From contig MHSA01000011.1 in NCBI GenBank assembly GCA_001821135.1, positions 3,042-67,041 on the forward strand: a DNA stretch of 64,000 nucleotides. The letters are read 5' to 3'. This DNA comes from Candidatus Taylorbacteria bacterium RIFCSPLOWO2_01_FULL_48_100. GTDB taxonomy: Bacteria; Patescibacteriota; Minisyncoccia; Phycocordibacterales; UBA10002. The notes under the pieces were generated by a model, which did no database searches, was not told the DNA's origin, and worked only from the letters and a program-made list of their open reading frames with translations. Positions 44,156-55,200 of the stretch are shown in pieces (position 1 is the first letter of the stretch; the number at the start of each line of letters is the position of its first letter). The position numbers and the translations under genes are program-made.

Positions 44156-45424
44156 ATGAAATTTTCTAAAACAATTCTTCCGAACAGGTTGCGGCTCATT
44201 ATCGTGCCAATGAAGGATAGCCAAACGGTTACCGTTATGGCGCTGGTGGAAGCGGGGAGCAAGTACGAAACTAAAAACATAAACGGCATCTCGCACTTTT
44301 TGGAACATATGTGCTTCAAGGGGACGGCAAAGCGGCCGCGCGCCATAGACATCTCACGCGAACTGGACGCCATAGGCGCGCAGTATAACGCTTTCACTTC
44401 GCAGGAGTTTACAGGATATTTTGCGAAATCCGCTAAACAACATTTCGGGAAGATTCTTTCCGTAGTGTCGGATATATATCTCAACCCCACATTTCCCGAG
44501 GCAGAAATTGAAAAAGAAAAAGGCGTGATTGTTGAAGAAATAAATATGTACAGAGACCTGCCGCAAAGGCATGTGCAGGATTTGTTTTTGGAACTCTTGT
44601 ATGGAGCTCAGCCCGCTGGGTGGAACATTGCAGGAACGCCCGATACGGTGCGCTCAATGACGCGCACTGACTTCGTAACATACCGCGCTCAGCATTATGT
44701 ATCAAGCGCAACCTCTATGATTATTGCGGGCGCGGTTTCCGAACCGGAAGCGGAAGAAGCTGTTCTGCACGCGTTTGAAGGAATGTCCGCAGAAAAAAAG
44801 CATACGAAAATCGCTGTTGTTGAAAAACAAAATGCACCCGCTGTGCGTGTTGAAACACGCAAAACTGACCAAACGCACTTCGTTTTAGGTGTACGCACAT
44901 TTAACGCTTACGACAAGAAACTGCCAGCACTCAAAGTGCTTGCGGGTGTGCTCGGCGTGGGAATGAGCTCGCGTTTGTTTCAGAAAATGCGCGAGGAACT
45001 CGGTATTTGCTACTATGTGAAGACAGATATGGACGCGCTGACCGACCACGGACTGCTCACGGTATCTGTTGGCGTTGCGCCGAGCCGCGCAGAAGAGGCG
45101 GTGCGCGCGATTCTCGCCGAGTTCGCGCGCCTTGCGCGCGAACCGCTCGCGGACGCAGAATTGAACAAAGTGAAAGATTGTCTTATTGGAAATATGTATT
45201 TGTCGCTGGAATCAACAGACGAACTCGCTGAGTTTTACGGTATGCAAGAGATTTTACGGAAGGACTTAAAACAGCCGGACGAGCTCGCGGCAGAAGTTAC
45301 AAAGGTAACGAGTGGGGAAGTTCAAGCGACCGCGCGCGAGATATTTACGCTGGAAAGGCTCAACCTTGCCGTTGTCGGGCAAGCACCCGCCGAATCGCGC
45401 TTGCGGGAGATTTTGACCTTGTAA
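44156..45424 (+). CDS. M16 family zinc peptidase
   Basis: GISHFLEHMCFKG (HxxEH), NAFT, SSRLFQ.MRE..G. Confidence 0.93.
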   Translation: MKFSKTILPNRLRLIIVPMKDSQTVTVMALVEAGSKYETKNINGISHFLEHMCFKGTAKRPRAIDISRELDAIGAQYNAFTSQEFTGYFAKSAKQHFGKILSVVSDIYLNPTFPEAEIEKEKGVIVEEINMYRDLPQRHVQDLFLELLYGAQPAGWNIAGTPDTVRSMTRTDFVTYRAQHYVSSATSMIIAGAVSEPEAEEAVLHAFEGMSAEKKHTKIAVVEKQNAPAVRVETRKTDQTHFVLGVRTFNAYDKKLPALKVLAGVLGVGMSSRLFQKMREELGICYYVKTDMDALTDHGLLTVSVGVAPSRAEEAVRAILAEFARLAREPLADAELNKVKDCLIGNMYLSLESTDELAEFYGMQEILRKDLKQPDELAAEVTKVTSGEVQATAREIFTLERLNLAVVGQAPAESRLREILTL

Positions 45425-45448
45425 TGTAGTGTGGTACACTTTTATTAT

Positions 45449-45583
45449 ATGCAATCCCGTTAGAAATCCAAGCGTTATATTTGGTGTATATGTAAGAAAT
45501 TGATAAAATGATATACTATATAGCAACTTATCAAATAACAAACAGAAATGCTTTTAGCGTTTCCTATTTCTAACGGGATGCAA
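45449..45583. mobile_element. MITE-like element with 14-bp terminal inverted repeats and ATGCAA direct repeat
   Basis: ATCCCGTTAGAAAT (45454-45467) / ATTTCTAACGGGAT (45566-45579); ATGCAA at 45449 and 45578. Confidence 0.7.
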
Positions 45584-46672
45584 CCAAACACTCCTACTCA
45601 ATTTTCGGTTTCCGCAGGCACTGTTGCCAAAGCGATTTTGGTGGGTCTCTTGGCGTGGGGGCTTTTTCACCTTCGCGATGTTTTACTTGTTGTGCTGACC
45701 GCCGTCGTGCTCGCGTCCGCCATTGAGCCATTCGCGCGCGCTCTCGGAAAATGGCACATCGCGCGCTTACCTTCGGTTATTTTAATCTACCTCGTGTTCG
45801 CGCTCGTTGCCGTTTCTATTTTCTATTTCTTCATACCAACACTCGTATCAGATGTAGTGGGTCTATTCAGCAATGTACCGATGCTTATTGACACAGTGTC
45901 AGGATGGAGCCCATTTGGCGCATTAAGCGCCGGTGCTGTTCTTGGTGTGGAAGGCGACAGCGTTGCTTCTACAGGAAGTTTCGCATTCGGCGATATGCTT
46001 CAAGCGTTTCGCATTGTTGCCGAGAATGTGTCTGAAGGATTTCTCCCAACATTGTCAGTATTTTTCGGTGGCGCGGTGTCGTTTGTTCTTATTATCGTGC
46101 TCTCATTTTATCTTGCGGTGCAGGACGATGGCATTGCGAAATTTCTACGCATCGTAACGCCCATTAAACACGAAACATATGTCATTGGGCTTTGGCGGCG
46201 CGCGCAAGAAAAAATAGGGCTTTGGATGCAAGGCCAACTTTTGCTGGCGGCGCTTGTCGGTCTCCTTGTGTACCTCGGGCTTACCGTGCTCGGCGTTGAA
46301 AACGCGCTTGCGCTGGCGTTCCTTGCGGCGCTTATGGAAACCATTCCGCTCTTCGGTCCGATTATCGCCGCAATTCCAGCCGTATTTGCGGCGTATCTTT
46401 CGGGCGGCTTTTCAACAGGGCTTATGGTGGTAGGCCTCTACATCATTATTCAACAATTTGAGAATCATCTCTTTTATCCTCTTGTTGTGAAAAAGATTAT
46501 CGGCGTGCCGCCCATCCTTGTTATTCTCTCGCTCATTATCGGCGCAAAGCTCGCAGGATTTCTCGGATTGCTTCTCTCTGTGCCGGTCGCGACGACGGTT
46601 ATGGAGTACTTGAACGACCTCCAGCGTAGCAAGATTACTCCGCCTTCCTCCCCCGTTTCTGCAAATGTATAA
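45578..46672 (+). CDS. AI-2E family transporter
   Basis: Multi-TM; IPLFGP, IQQFENH..YP, GA.LAG.LG..L.VP; start uncertain (45548 or 45578). Confidence 0.9.
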   Translation: MQPNTPTQFSVSAGTVAKAILVGLLAWGLFHLRDVLLVVLTAVVLASAIEPFARALGKWHIARLPSVILIYLVFALVAVSIFYFFIPTLVSDVVGLFSNVPMLIDTVSGWSPFGALSAGAVLGVEGDSVASTGSFAFGDMLQAFRIVAENVSEGFLPTLSVFFGGAVSFVLIIVLSFYLAVQDDGIAKFLRIVTPIKHETYVIGLWRRAQEKIGLWMQGQLLLAALVGLLVYLGLTVLGVENALALAFLAALMETIPLFGPIIAAIPAVFAAYLSGGFSTGLMVVGLYIIIQQFENHLFYPLVVKKIIGVPPILVILSLIIGAKLAGFLGLLLSVPVATTVMEYLNDLQRSKITPPSSPVSANV

Positions 46673-48092
46673 GCGCTCCTACATTACGACGCCGATTTTT
46701 TACCCCAATGCGCGGCCTCATCTTGGGCACGCCTATACCGCGACGATTGCGGATATTCTCGCGCGCTATCGTAGGGCAGTGGGAGACGAAGTGTATTTCC
46801 TAACAGGCGTTGATGAGAATACCGAAAAAGTCGCGCGCGCGGCGCGCGCGGCGGGGCAGGAGACGGGAGCATACCTCAATACTGTCGTGTCTTCGTTTAA
46901 GGACTTGTTTTCGGAGAAGAAACTCAATATCTCGTACGATCAATTTATCCGGACTTCCGATGAAAAAGTTCATTGGCCTGGAGCACAGGCGCTCTGGCGC
47001 AAACTTGTGGAAGCGGGGGATATTTATCCGTCCTCGTATGAAGGTTTGTACTGCGTCGGACACGAGGCGTTTGTGACGGAAAAGAATTTAGTGGGTGGGA
47101 AATGCCCCGACCACAACGAAGCGCCGCAACATCTCAAAGAAACGAATTATTTTTTTCGCCTCTCAAAATACACCAAAGAGATAAAAAAGAGAATTGAATG
47201 CGCCGAACTTCAGATAATTCCCGAGGAGCGAAAAAATGAAATCATCGCTTTACTTGAGCGTGGGCTTGAAGATGTGAGTTTCTCTCGTCCTTCCGACAAG
47301 GTGTCGGTTGGGATTCCAGTGCCGGACGACTCAACGCAAAAAATGTATGTGTGGTGCGACGCGCTCACGAATTATATAAGTGCTTTAGGGTATGGACGCG
47401 ATGATGAATTGTTCCGTAAGTTTTGGCCAGCGGATTTGCACATTATCGGCAAAGATATTTTGCGTTTTCATGCTGGTATTTGGCCAGGAATGCTTCTCTC
47501 GGCAGGCCTGCCTCTCCCGAAAAAGATTTTGGTTCATGGTTTTATAACAAGCGGCGGGAAGAAAATGTCCAAGACCCTAGGCAATGTGATAGACCCCGAC
47601 ACACTCATTGAGGAATACGGTGGGGAGGCGGTGCGGTATTTCCTCGCGCGACATATTTCTCCGTTTGAAGATGGCGATATCACACTTACAAGATTCAAAG
47701 AGACCTACAACGCAGACCTTGCGAACGGGTTGGGGAATTTGGTTGCGCGAATATTGCAAATGTCGAGCCAATGTTTTGAACATCCTGTAGATTTGTCGGA
47801 AAAAAGAAAACCATTTTCTGTAAGTCAGTATATAGAGAAATTCGAACTTAATAATGCTCTTATTGCAATATGGAGCGATATGTCGGTACTCAATGATTTT
47901 ATTCAAGAAAACAAGCCATTTGATGTTATAAAAACCGATAAGAAAAAAGCTCAATTGCAGATCTCGTATTTGGTAAAAGAGCTATTTAGAATCGCAGAGA
48001 TCCTTGAACTTTTTATGCCCGAGACAAGCAAGAAAATAAAAGAAGCAATTCAGCAAAACAAAAAACCGGAGAATCTATTTCCGCGAAAATGA
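46665..48092 (+). CDS. metG: Methionine--tRNA ligase
   Basis: ITTPIFYPNARPHLGH, YVWCDAL.NY, IGKDILRFH, KMSKT. Confidence 0.96.
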   Translation: MYKRSYITTPIFYPNARPHLGHAYTATIADILARYRRAVGDEVYFLTGVDENTEKVARAARAAGQETGAYLNTVVSSFKDLFSEKKLNISYDQFIRTSDEKVHWPGAQALWRKLVEAGDIYPSSYEGLYCVGHEAFVTEKNLVGGKCPDHNEAPQHLKETNYFFRLSKYTKEIKKRIECAELQIIPEERKNEIIALLERGLEDVSFSRPSDKVSVGIPVPDDSTQKMYVWCDALTNYISALGYGRDDELFRKFWPADLHIIGKDILRFHAGIWPGMLLSAGLPLPKKILVHGFITSGGKKMSKTLGNVIDPDTLIEEYGGEAVRYFLARHISPFEDGDITLTRFKETYNADLANGLGNLVARILQMSSQCFEHPVDLSEKRKPFSVSQYIEKFELNNALIAIWSDMSVLNDFIQENKPFDVIKTDKKKAQLQISYLVKELFRIAEILELFMPETSKKIKEAIQQNKKPENLFPRK

Positions 48093-48925
48093 ATTATCGC
48101 TACATAGACATCCACACGCACACGAACTTCGCGGCGTTTGAAGGCGACCGCGCGGAGGCGATACGGCGCGCACAGGAGGCGGGCGTTGCGCTAATAAATG
48201 TCGGGACGCAGAAAGATACTTCGCAGAAAGCGGTTGAGATTGCGGAAAAATACGAAAACGGAGTGTACGCGACAGTAGGGCTTCACCCGATCCATACGGC
48301 AAAATCCTTTCATAATGAAGAAGAAATTGGCGAAGGCGGAAAAGAATTCACATCACACGAAGAACAGTTTGATTATGAATATTACAAAAAACTTGCAATA
48401 CACACGAGAGTGGTGGCGATCGGGGAGTGCGGGCTTGATTTTTATAGACAAGACGCGGGTGCCGCGAATGTAAGAAAACAAGAAGAAGTGTTTAGAAAAC
48501 AGATTGAGTTAGCGATAGAAATAAAAAAACCGCTTATGTTACACATTCGGAAGGCATACAAAGAAGCATACGATATTCTAAAATCGTACACAGGCATTGC
48601 TGGCAATCTGCATTTCTTCTCTGGAACTCCCGAAGAAGCAAGACCGTTTTTGGATAAAGGATTTTCTTTTTCATTTACTGGTGTGATTACATTCGCGCGC
48701 AGTTACGACAGCGTCATATGCTACATTCCGCTCAATCGCATTATGTCGGAAACAGACGCGCCGTTTGTCGCGCCCGCGCCGTACCGAGGGAAACGGAATG
48801 AGCCGGCGTATGTTATAGAAGTGGTAAAGAAAATAGCAGAAATTCGCAATGAGGACCATGAGACGGTTCGCGCGCAACTCCTAAAAAACGCCGAGCAGTT
48901 TTTCGGTATTTCGCTTGCCCGATAG
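48089..48925 (+). CDS. tatD: TatD family hydrolase
   Basis: DIHTH, GLHP, AIGECGLD, ETDAP, RNEP. Confidence 0.94.
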   Translation: MNYRYIDIHTHTNFAAFEGDRAEAIRRAQEAGVALINVGTQKDTSQKAVEIAEKYENGVYATVGLHPIHTAKSFHNEEEIGEGGKEFTSHEEQFDYEYYKKLAIHTRVVAIGECGLDFYRQDAGAANVRKQEEVFRKQIELAIEIKKPLMLHIRKAYKEAYDILKSYTGIAGNLHFFSGTPEEARPFLDKGFSFSFTGVITFARSYDSVICYIPLNRIMSETDAPFVAPAPYRGKRNEPAYVIEVVKKIAEIRNEDHETVRAQLLKNAEQFFGISLAR

Positions 48926-48950
48926 GGCGTGCCGTGCTATTCTTTTTTGC

Positions 48951-49454
48951 ATGTCCGAAAATAAAATAATTGACCCAGAGATCGTTCGGCTTTATGAGAT
49001 TTCATACCTCGTGAGTCCTGCGCTTGCTGAAGACAAAGCGCCTGCGGCGCTACTTCCGCTTAAAGACCTGCTCGCGGGGAAGAATGTTGTTGTGTCTGCA
49101 GAGGAATCTCCGAAGTTTCGACGGTTGGCGTACCCGATACGGGTCGCGGCTCACGGGGAGAAAAAGCAGGTTTTTGATTCAGCGTCATTCGGTTGGATTC
49201 GTTTTGAATCGGATGCCGATACGATTTTTGAGGCGAATAAACTCCTTGCATCTTCCGCGGATATTATTCGTTTTCTTATAGTGAAGGCGGAAAAAGCGGT
49301 ACCTGTAAAGCCATTTCAGAGCTACCGCACGCGACCTGAACGGGAAGTTCCTATTTCGGTTTCTGAAAAAGGCACGATTGGCGAAGAGGACAAGAAGCCG
49401 CATGTGTCGCAAGAAGAATTAGACCGCAAGATTGATGAATTAGTCGGCGCATAA
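48951..49454 (+). CDS. rpsF: 30S ribosomal protein S6
   Basis: YEISYL, RRLAYPI, IIRFLIV; in rpsF-ssb-rpsR order. Confidence 0.88.
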   Translation: MSENKIIDPEIVRLYEISYLVSPALAEDKAPAALLPLKDLLAGKNVVVSAEESPKFRRLAYPIRVAAHGEKKQVFDSASFGWIRFESDADTIFEANKLLASSADIIRFLIVKAEKAVPVKPFQSYRTRPEREVPISVSEKGTIGEEDKKPHVSQEELDRKIDELVGA

Positions 49455-49466
49455 TATCATAATGGT

Positions 49467-49931
49467 ATGTACTTAAACAAAGCATTAATTTACGGCAATT
49501 TAACTCGCGATCCGGAGCTTAAGGCGCTTCCGAACGGCGGGAAGGTTGCAGAGTTCGGAGTGGCGACAAATCGCGTTTTTAAAGACCGCGACGGCAACAA
49601 TCAAGAGGAAGTAGAGTTCCACAATGTCGTTTGTTTCGGCAAGCAAGCAGAAGTCGTCGGGCAATATTTAAAAAAAGGGCGCGGCGTCTTTATTGAAGGC
49701 AGAATCCGCACGCGCAACTGGGAGGCAAAGGACGGAAGCGGTAAGCGCTACCGAACCGAGATTGTCGTAGACCGCTTTCAATTTGGTCCGCGACCACCTG
49801 GAGAGGGAAGTGGTGGCGCGTGGCAGGGGAGGAAAAAGACAACTTCTCCCGAATCGCAAGAGCCGAAGGACTCCGGTGAGGCGATACAGTACCCCGAAGA
49901 AGACATTAAGCCAGAAGATATTCCATTTTAA
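49467..49931 (+). CDS. ssb: Single-stranded DNA-binding protein
   Basis: LNKA...GNLTRDPE, C-terminal DIPF. Confidence 0.97.
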   Translation: MYLNKALIYGNLTRDPELKALPNGGKVAEFGVATNRVFKDRDGNNQEEVEFHNVVCFGKQAEVVGQYLKKGRGVFIEGRIRTRNWEAKDGSGKRYRTEIVVDRFQFGPRPPGEGSGGAWQGRKKTTSPESQEPKDSGEAIQYPEEDIKPEDIPF

Positions 49932-49936
49932 TTATT

Positions 49937-50131
49937 ATGAATCCAAACTCATCCCACACCCATAAGTCGTTTGATTACAAAAATACCGAACTTCTTAAGA
50001 AGTTCCTCAATCCGCACGGCAGGATTCTTTCGTGCAAGCGAACAGGGCTTACAGCAAAAGCCCAGCGCAGTTTAGCACTTGCCGTCAAGCGCGCGCGCTT
50101 TATGGCGCTCCTACCTTTTGTGGCTCGTTAG
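49937..50131 (+). CDS. rpsR: 30S ribosomal protein S18
   Basis: DYKN..LL.KF, QR.LA.AVKRAR..ALLP. Confidence 0.95.
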   Translation: MNPNSSHTHKSFDYKNTELLKKFLNPHGRILSCKRTGLTAKAQRSLALAVKRARFMALLPFVAR

Positions 50132-50688
50132 ACCCTTTCTACATACTCTCCAGTATCGGTATTGATGCGTAGCACATCTCCTTCGTTTATAAAAAGGGGA
50201 GCGTTGATAGTCGCGCCGTTTTCCAATGTTACTGTCTTTGAGCCACCTTTCGCGGTGTCGCCTTTGACAGCAGGCGGTGCCTCGGTGACTTTCAGCTCAA
50301 CTTTAATCGGTAGCTTAACGCCGATGGTCTGCTCGTTAAACACAAGAAGTTCAATAAGCGAGTTTTGCTTTAGGAACTTACTTGCGCTTCCTATCATTTC
50401 TTCCGCAATCTTAAAGCGGTTTGACGGAACGGTTGGGTCACAAAACCACCAATCACCGCGGTTGGTGTAAAGATATTTCGCTTCTTTTTTTTGCAGGTCG
50501 GCTTCAACAACCTTGTCCGCTTGATGAAAAGTTGTCTCGGCGATTTTGCCTGTAATGAGGTTCTTCAACTTCGTCTGGTTCACGGGCTTGCGCTGTTGCA
50601 TACGGAAAATATGCGCGTCCAATACCTCATACGGCGCGCCGTCCATCACAATAAACTTCTTCGGCAAAATTTCGTTGTAATTCAGCAT
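50128..50688 (-). CDS. efp: Elongation factor P with non-canonical tip loop
   Basis: [31 protein letters not shown]; likely start ATG at 50688. Confidence 0.92.
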   Translation of the reverse strand: MLNYNEILPKKFIVMDGAPYEVLDAHIFRMQQRKPVNQTKLKNLITGKIAETTFHQADKVVEADLQKKEAKYLYTNRGDWWFCDPTVPSNRFKIAEEMIGSASKFLKQNSLIELLVFNEQTIGVKLPIKVELKVTEAPPAVKGDTAKGGSKTVTLENGATINAPLFINEGDVLRINTDTGEYVERV

Positions 50689-50731
50689 ACAAGAAAAACA
50701 GTGTAGCAGAACAGATGAAAAAGTCCAGATA

Positions 50732-51583
50732 TCATACACGAACAAACCGGTAATCATATGTACGAGATGTACCTTTTTGACTCTTTTCGATCATTTTTAG
50801 ACCCGCGTTTTCAATCAAGTCTACAATCTGAATACACCCCTCGTCTTTCTCGTCTATTTCTACCTGAATTGTCTTTAAGTACGGACTTTTAATAACATCA
50901 TGTGCACCCCTTATGACTTGCAATTCGTGCCCGTCCACATCAATTTTCATTATTGTTGGATATGGAAGATTTGCTAGCCGCACTAAGTCATCCAAAGAAT
51001 ACGCTTGTACAAGATGTGAAAAACAGCAGTTTAAGGTCGGATTCATATTAACTCCTGGATGTACAGCAGATCCAGCTCTTAAAGTTCCATACGAAAAGTA
51101 AGTAAGACGGGTTGCATCTGATAGTGGAAACGGTATTGGAAATATTGTTTTCATCTTGTTTAAAAAAATATTTTCACATAAGACCGCAAAAGTACACTGA
51201 CCCGGTTCAAAAGAATAAATAGGAATGGCGATTTCGGATAACATTAAAGCGATAAACGAATACGCCCCGATGTTTGCACCTATGTCATAAAAAACTGAAT
51301 TGGCCGAGATATTTTTCTCTAGCCACCGTATCGTTGCAGGCTCTTTTTTATACGCTCGTAAATATTTATACGCAATAGTTGACGATACATTCATTTTTAT
51401 TACCCTGTTTTTATAATGAAGATTGCCTATGGGGGGGGTATGAGTCGTTATATACGATTGAGTATAAAGAGGTAACACACTCCATAATCTACCAACGAAT
51501 GCAGATAGGATATTTTTAATACCACCATATATTTTCCACAACGCCACCTGTATTTTTTTGATTTTCTTCATTTTCATACACAC
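50732..51583 (-). CDS. FkbM family methyltransferase (AT-rich)
   Basis: FYDIGANIG, SFEP, MKIDVDGHE. Confidence 0.88.
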   Translation of the reverse strand: MCMKMKKIKKIQVALWKIYGGIKNILSAFVGRLWSVLPLYTQSYITTHTPPIGNLHYKNRVIKMNVSSTIAYKYLRAYKKEPATIRWLEKNISANSVFYDIGANIGAYSFIALMLSEIAIPIYSFEPGQCTFAVLCENIFLNKMKTIFPIPFPLSDATRLTYFSYGTLRAGSAVHPGVNMNPTLNCCFSHLVQAYSLDDLVRLANLPYPTIMKIDVDGHELQVIRGAHDVIKSPYLKTIQVEIDEKDEGCIQIVDLIENAGLKMIEKSQKGTSRTYDYRFVRV

Positions 51584-51620
51584 AATATAAAGATTATAAA
51601 GAGTTCATGGTGTGTCCTTA

Positions 51621-52661
51621 TTACACCACCCCTTCTTTTAGTTTCTCGCGGATTTGTTTGAGGATTTCGGCTTTGAGTTTTGGATTTTCAAGAAGAAAGG
51701 TGCGGGTTGCGTCGTAGCCCCTGCCGAGTTTCGTCTCGCCGTAGGCGTACGAGCCCGCGCCGGCTTTTTGGACAATCCCGTACTTTTCGCCAAGCGCGAT
51801 TATTTCTCCTTCTTCTGAAATACCCTCGTTGTAGAGCAAGTCAAACTCTGTCTGCTTAAATGGAGCGGCGACTTTGTTTTTCACTATTTTCGCTCTTATT
51901 CTTCCGCCGACAATTTCCTCACCTTTTTTAATTTGCGCAATGCGGCGCACATCAATTCGGACGGAGGTGTAAAACTTGAGCGCCTTGCCGCCAGGCGTTG
52001 TCTCTGGGTTGCCCCACATCACGCCTATCTGCATTCGTATTTGGTTGATGAAAATGACAATGGTCTTTGAGCGCGCGACAATCGCCGTGAGCTTGCGGAG
52101 TGCCTGCGACATCAGCCGCGCCTGCTTGCCGACATGCTGTTGCCCCATATCGCCCTCAATTTCGTCTTTGGGGGTGAGCGCGGCGACCGAATCCACGACA
52201 ATCACATCAATCTTTCCGCTTCGCACGAGCGATTCCACGATTTCCAACGCCTGCTCGCCCGTGTCCGGCTGAGAAATGAGGAGCTCGTCTATGTTCACGC
52301 CGATTTTCTTTGAGTACTCCGGGTCCATTGCTTGCTCTGCGTCAATGTACGCGCAAATGCCGCCCAGCTTTTGCGCTTCGCGCACCACATGGAGGGAGAT
52401 GGTGGTCTTACCTGACGATTCAGGTCCGAAGATTTCAATAATGCGACCGCGCGGGAGCCCGCCGATACCTAGTGCGGCATCCAGCCCTATAGAGCCCGTT
52501 GGTACGGCGTTTACATCCACGCGCGGCTTCTCGCCGAGCTTCATAATCGCGTCATCCCCGAATTTCGTCTTAATCGCCGCGATGGCATCTTCAATTTTCT
52601 TATCCGCGCCGGCAATCGTCTTCGGCTCTTTCACTACTTTTTTCTTTGATCCAAATGCCAT
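51621..52661 (-). CDS. recA: Recombinase RecA
   Basis: [35 protein letters not shown]. Confidence 0.98.
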   Translation of the reverse strand: MAFGSKKKVVKEPKTIAGADKKIEDAIAAIKTKFGDDAIMKLGEKPRVDVNAVPTGSIGLDAALGIGGLPRGRIIEIFGPESSGKTTISLHVVREAQKLGGICAYIDAEQAMDPEYSKKIGVNIDELLISQPDTGEQALEIVESLVRSGKIDVIVVDSVAALTPKDEIEGDMGQQHVGKQARLMSQALRKLTAIVARSKTIVIFINQIRMQIGVMWGNPETTPGGKALKFYTSVRIDVRRIAQIKKGEEIVGGRIRAKIVKNKVAAPFKQTEFDLLYNEGISEEGEIIALGEKYGIVQKAGAGSYAYGETKLGRGYDATRTFLLENPKLKAEILKQIREKLKEGVV

Positions 52662-52681
52662 AAGTTCTTGTAAATAGATTA

Positions 52682-53026
52682 TTAAATATTATCTGCTGTG
52701 CGATACGCATCAAGATATTTTTCGTTCGTTCTTCCGAAGCGGTCGCTCGCCGCGACTGTAATACTATTATATCCCGGTAAGAGTAGTGCCGTCTCTTGCC
52801 AGAGCCCGTTTTCATCGGTGAAAATCTGTTTGCCATTCAGCGATAAAAACGCAATCCGTTTCGCCTCGCCCCCGATATGTACAAGTGCTCCGTCCTGCGC
52901 GGTGCTTTCAATATAGAGGGAAGGGCCGCGTAAATATTCACGCGCCTGATATGTGCCGTACGACGCAAGTCCGGCAAGAGTGATAACCGCAAGCGCGAAC
53001 GCAAGCCGTGTGCGGAGATTTCTCAT
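52682..53026 (-). CDS. Conserved CPR hypothetical protein (TM plus Ig-like domain)
   Basis: GP.L.I, LNGKQI, LLPGYN.I, DRFG. Confidence 0.7.
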   Translation of the reverse strand: MRNLRTRLAFALAVITLAGLASYGTYQAREYLRGPSLYIESTAQDGALVHIGGEAKRIAFLSLNGKQIFTDENGLWQETALLLPGYNSITVAASDRFGRTNEKYLDAYRTADNI

Positions 53027-55164
53027 ACCGTTTCGGCCGGTTCTGTTGGCGCGATCGGCACTTCGGATTCCACCGCGCCACGTACCATTCGCGGCTTCGC
53101 GCCGTCTGCGGGCCCGATGACGCCGCGCTCCTCAAGAATATCCATTAAGCGCGCGGCGCGGGCGTATCCAACGCGTAATTTCCTTTGCAAGTATGAAGTA
53201 GATGCTTTACCAGCTCGTTCCACTTCTTCTTTTGCCGCTGCGTACAGGTCGTCATCAACATCTCTGTCGTCCGTAAACGCACTCTCCAATTGGTGTGGCG
53301 CGGAGATGTCTTGCACTGGTAGCTCCGCGCCGCCGCCGTCCGGATAGCGCTTTGTCAGAAAGCCCGCCACTTTTTTGACCTCATGTTCTGAAATGTATGA
53401 CGATTGAATACGCTCAGGTTTTGAGCGTTCTCCTGAAAGGAATAGCATATCGCCGCTTCCGAGCAGTTTTTCCGCGCCTCCTGTGTCTAAAATGGTTCGC
53501 GAGTCAATTTGCGAAACGACCTGCAGGGCAATACGGGAAGGAATGTTTGCTTTTATGAGACCTGTGATTACATTGACCGACGGACGCTGAGTGGATAGCA
53601 CGAGATGTATACCGACCGCGCGGCTCATTTGCGCGAGGCGCACCACGGCGGCTTCCAGCTCGCGCGGGTACGAAGACATAATGTCTGCAAGTTCATCAAT
53701 CACAACAACGAGGAAGGGAAGCGGGTCCTGCTTTTCGGGCGCGGGTAGAAATATGTTTTTATGATACGAATCAATGTCGCGGACCGATTCTTGTTCCAAA
53801 ATGTCGTAGCGTCTATCCATTTCTTTCGCGGTCCAGCGCAGGGCTTGTATAGCTTTCTTTGCATCCGTAATAACTGGAGTTAGGAGATGGGGTATGCCGT
53901 TGTAAAGCGTTAATTCAACGCGCTTCGGGTCAATAAAAATAAAGCGGAGTTGTTCGGGAGAATTGCGATAGAGTAGCGACGCGATAAGAGTATGTATGGC
54001 GACGGATTTTCCCGAGCCAGTCGCTCCGGCGATAAGAAGGTGAGGCATTTTTGCAAGGTTGGCGAAGTGGAGTTTACCTGCGACGCTTTTCCCAAGCGCG
54101 AAGAAAAGTTGTTTTTCCGCACTCGCAAACTCTTCGCTCCCAAGAAGGTTTCCGAGCCGCACGGTCGCGCGCGCGGTGTTCGGAATCTCAATGCCGACGA
54201 GCGAGCGGCCCGGAATCGGCGCTTCAATGCGAATGGAGTGTGCGGCAAGCGCGAGCGCAAGGTCGTTTTGCCGCGCGACTATTCCAGTCAACTTTACTCC
54301 CTCGGCTGGTTTTAGTGCGTAACGAGTTACCGATGGTCCAATAGACACCTCATCCATTTCAACATCAATGCCAAAGTTGCGGAGCGTACGCTTAATAATA
54401 TTGGAATTTGCTTTGATGTCTCCAACATCTGGTTTGCCGTGATCACGCTCAAGCATTGAAAGCGGCGGTGGCTCGTACGCTCCGAAGCGCACACGCATTT
54501 TTTTCTTAGGTTCCCATGCGGCTTCTTCCGCTTCTGCAACAAGATTAGGTGTTTGCTCGCTAGTCGTCTCATTTTCGGTTTCAGGATTTTCTTTTTCAGT
54601 TTCATTTATATTATCTTCTTCTACAACATCAGTATCTTCTTCACCGTGTATTTTTATTGGAGGACGCGCGAAGCGCGCGATAAAATTCCATACGCGCGTA
54701 AGCGGGGAGAGCGAAATGCGCACATTAAAGGCGAGCGAGAGCGTTACGAGCGCGATTGCGCCAAGAAGCACAATACTCGCGTAGCGGTCAAACAAAGATA
54801 CGAACGCGTCTGCGATTCCAGCTCCGGCGAGCCCGCCGCGCGACGGGAGTACGAGCTCGGTGAGCCCAAGTGTTGCCGCGATAAAAAGCAGTACGCCCAC
54901 TGTTTTAACAAAAGAAATCTTTTTACTGTCTTCGCTTGAGCGGAATATCGTGATTGCGCCATATAGAAGCGCGAGCGGGAATAGGAAATACGCCCTTCCT
55001 AAAAACGCCTCAAAAGTGCCGAGCAGGAGAGTGCCTACAAATCCCGCTTTTCCGATTCCCGCGAGCACTGCAAAAAGAGCGAGTGCAAAAAGAATTATCG
55101 CGCCAACCCTGCGACCTATTGCCGGTTTAATCCACGGATCAGTTTCTTTTTTTCGTTTAGCCAT
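53023..55164 (-). CDS. ftsK: DNA translocase FtsK
   Basis: N-terminal TMs, RIEAPIPG, AGATGSGKS, IDELAD, TQRPS, gamma domain LQRKLRVGYARAAR. Confidence 0.97.
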   Translation of the reverse strand: MAKRKKETDPWIKPAIGRRVGAIILFALALFAVLAGIGKAGFVGTLLLGTFEAFLGRAYFLFPLALLYGAITIFRSSEDSKKISFVKTVGVLLFIAATLGLTELVLPSRGGLAGAGIADAFVSLFDRYASIVLLGAIALVTLSLAFNVRISLSPLTRVWNFIARFARPPIKIHGEEDTDVVEEDNINETEKENPETENETTSEQTPNLVAEAEEAAWEPKKKMRVRFGAYEPPPLSMLERDHGKPDVGDIKANSNIIKRTLRNFGIDVEMDEVSIGPSVTRYALKPAEGVKLTGIVARQNDLALALAAHSIRIEAPIPGRSLVGIEIPNTARATVRLGNLLGSEEFASAEKQLFFALGKSVAGKLHFANLAKMPHLLIAGATGSGKSVAIHTLIASLLYRNSPEQLRFIFIDPKRVELTLYNGIPHLLTPVITDAKKAIQALRWTAKEMDRRYDILEQESVRDIDSYHKNIFLPAPEKQDPLPFLVVVIDELADIMSSYPRELEAAVVRLAQMSRAVGIHLVLSTQRPSVNVITGLIKANIPSRIALQVVSQIDSRTILDTGGAEKLLGSGDMLFLSGERSKPERIQSSYISEHEVKKVAGFLTKRYPDGGGAELPVQDISAPHQLESAFTDDRDVDDDLYAAAKEEVERAGKASTSYLQRKLRVGYARAARLMDILEERGVIGPADGAKPRMVRGAVESEVPIAPTEPAETV

Positions 55165-55200
55165 GATGTAAATAATAGTAGCATATTTAATTTGTTTCCA

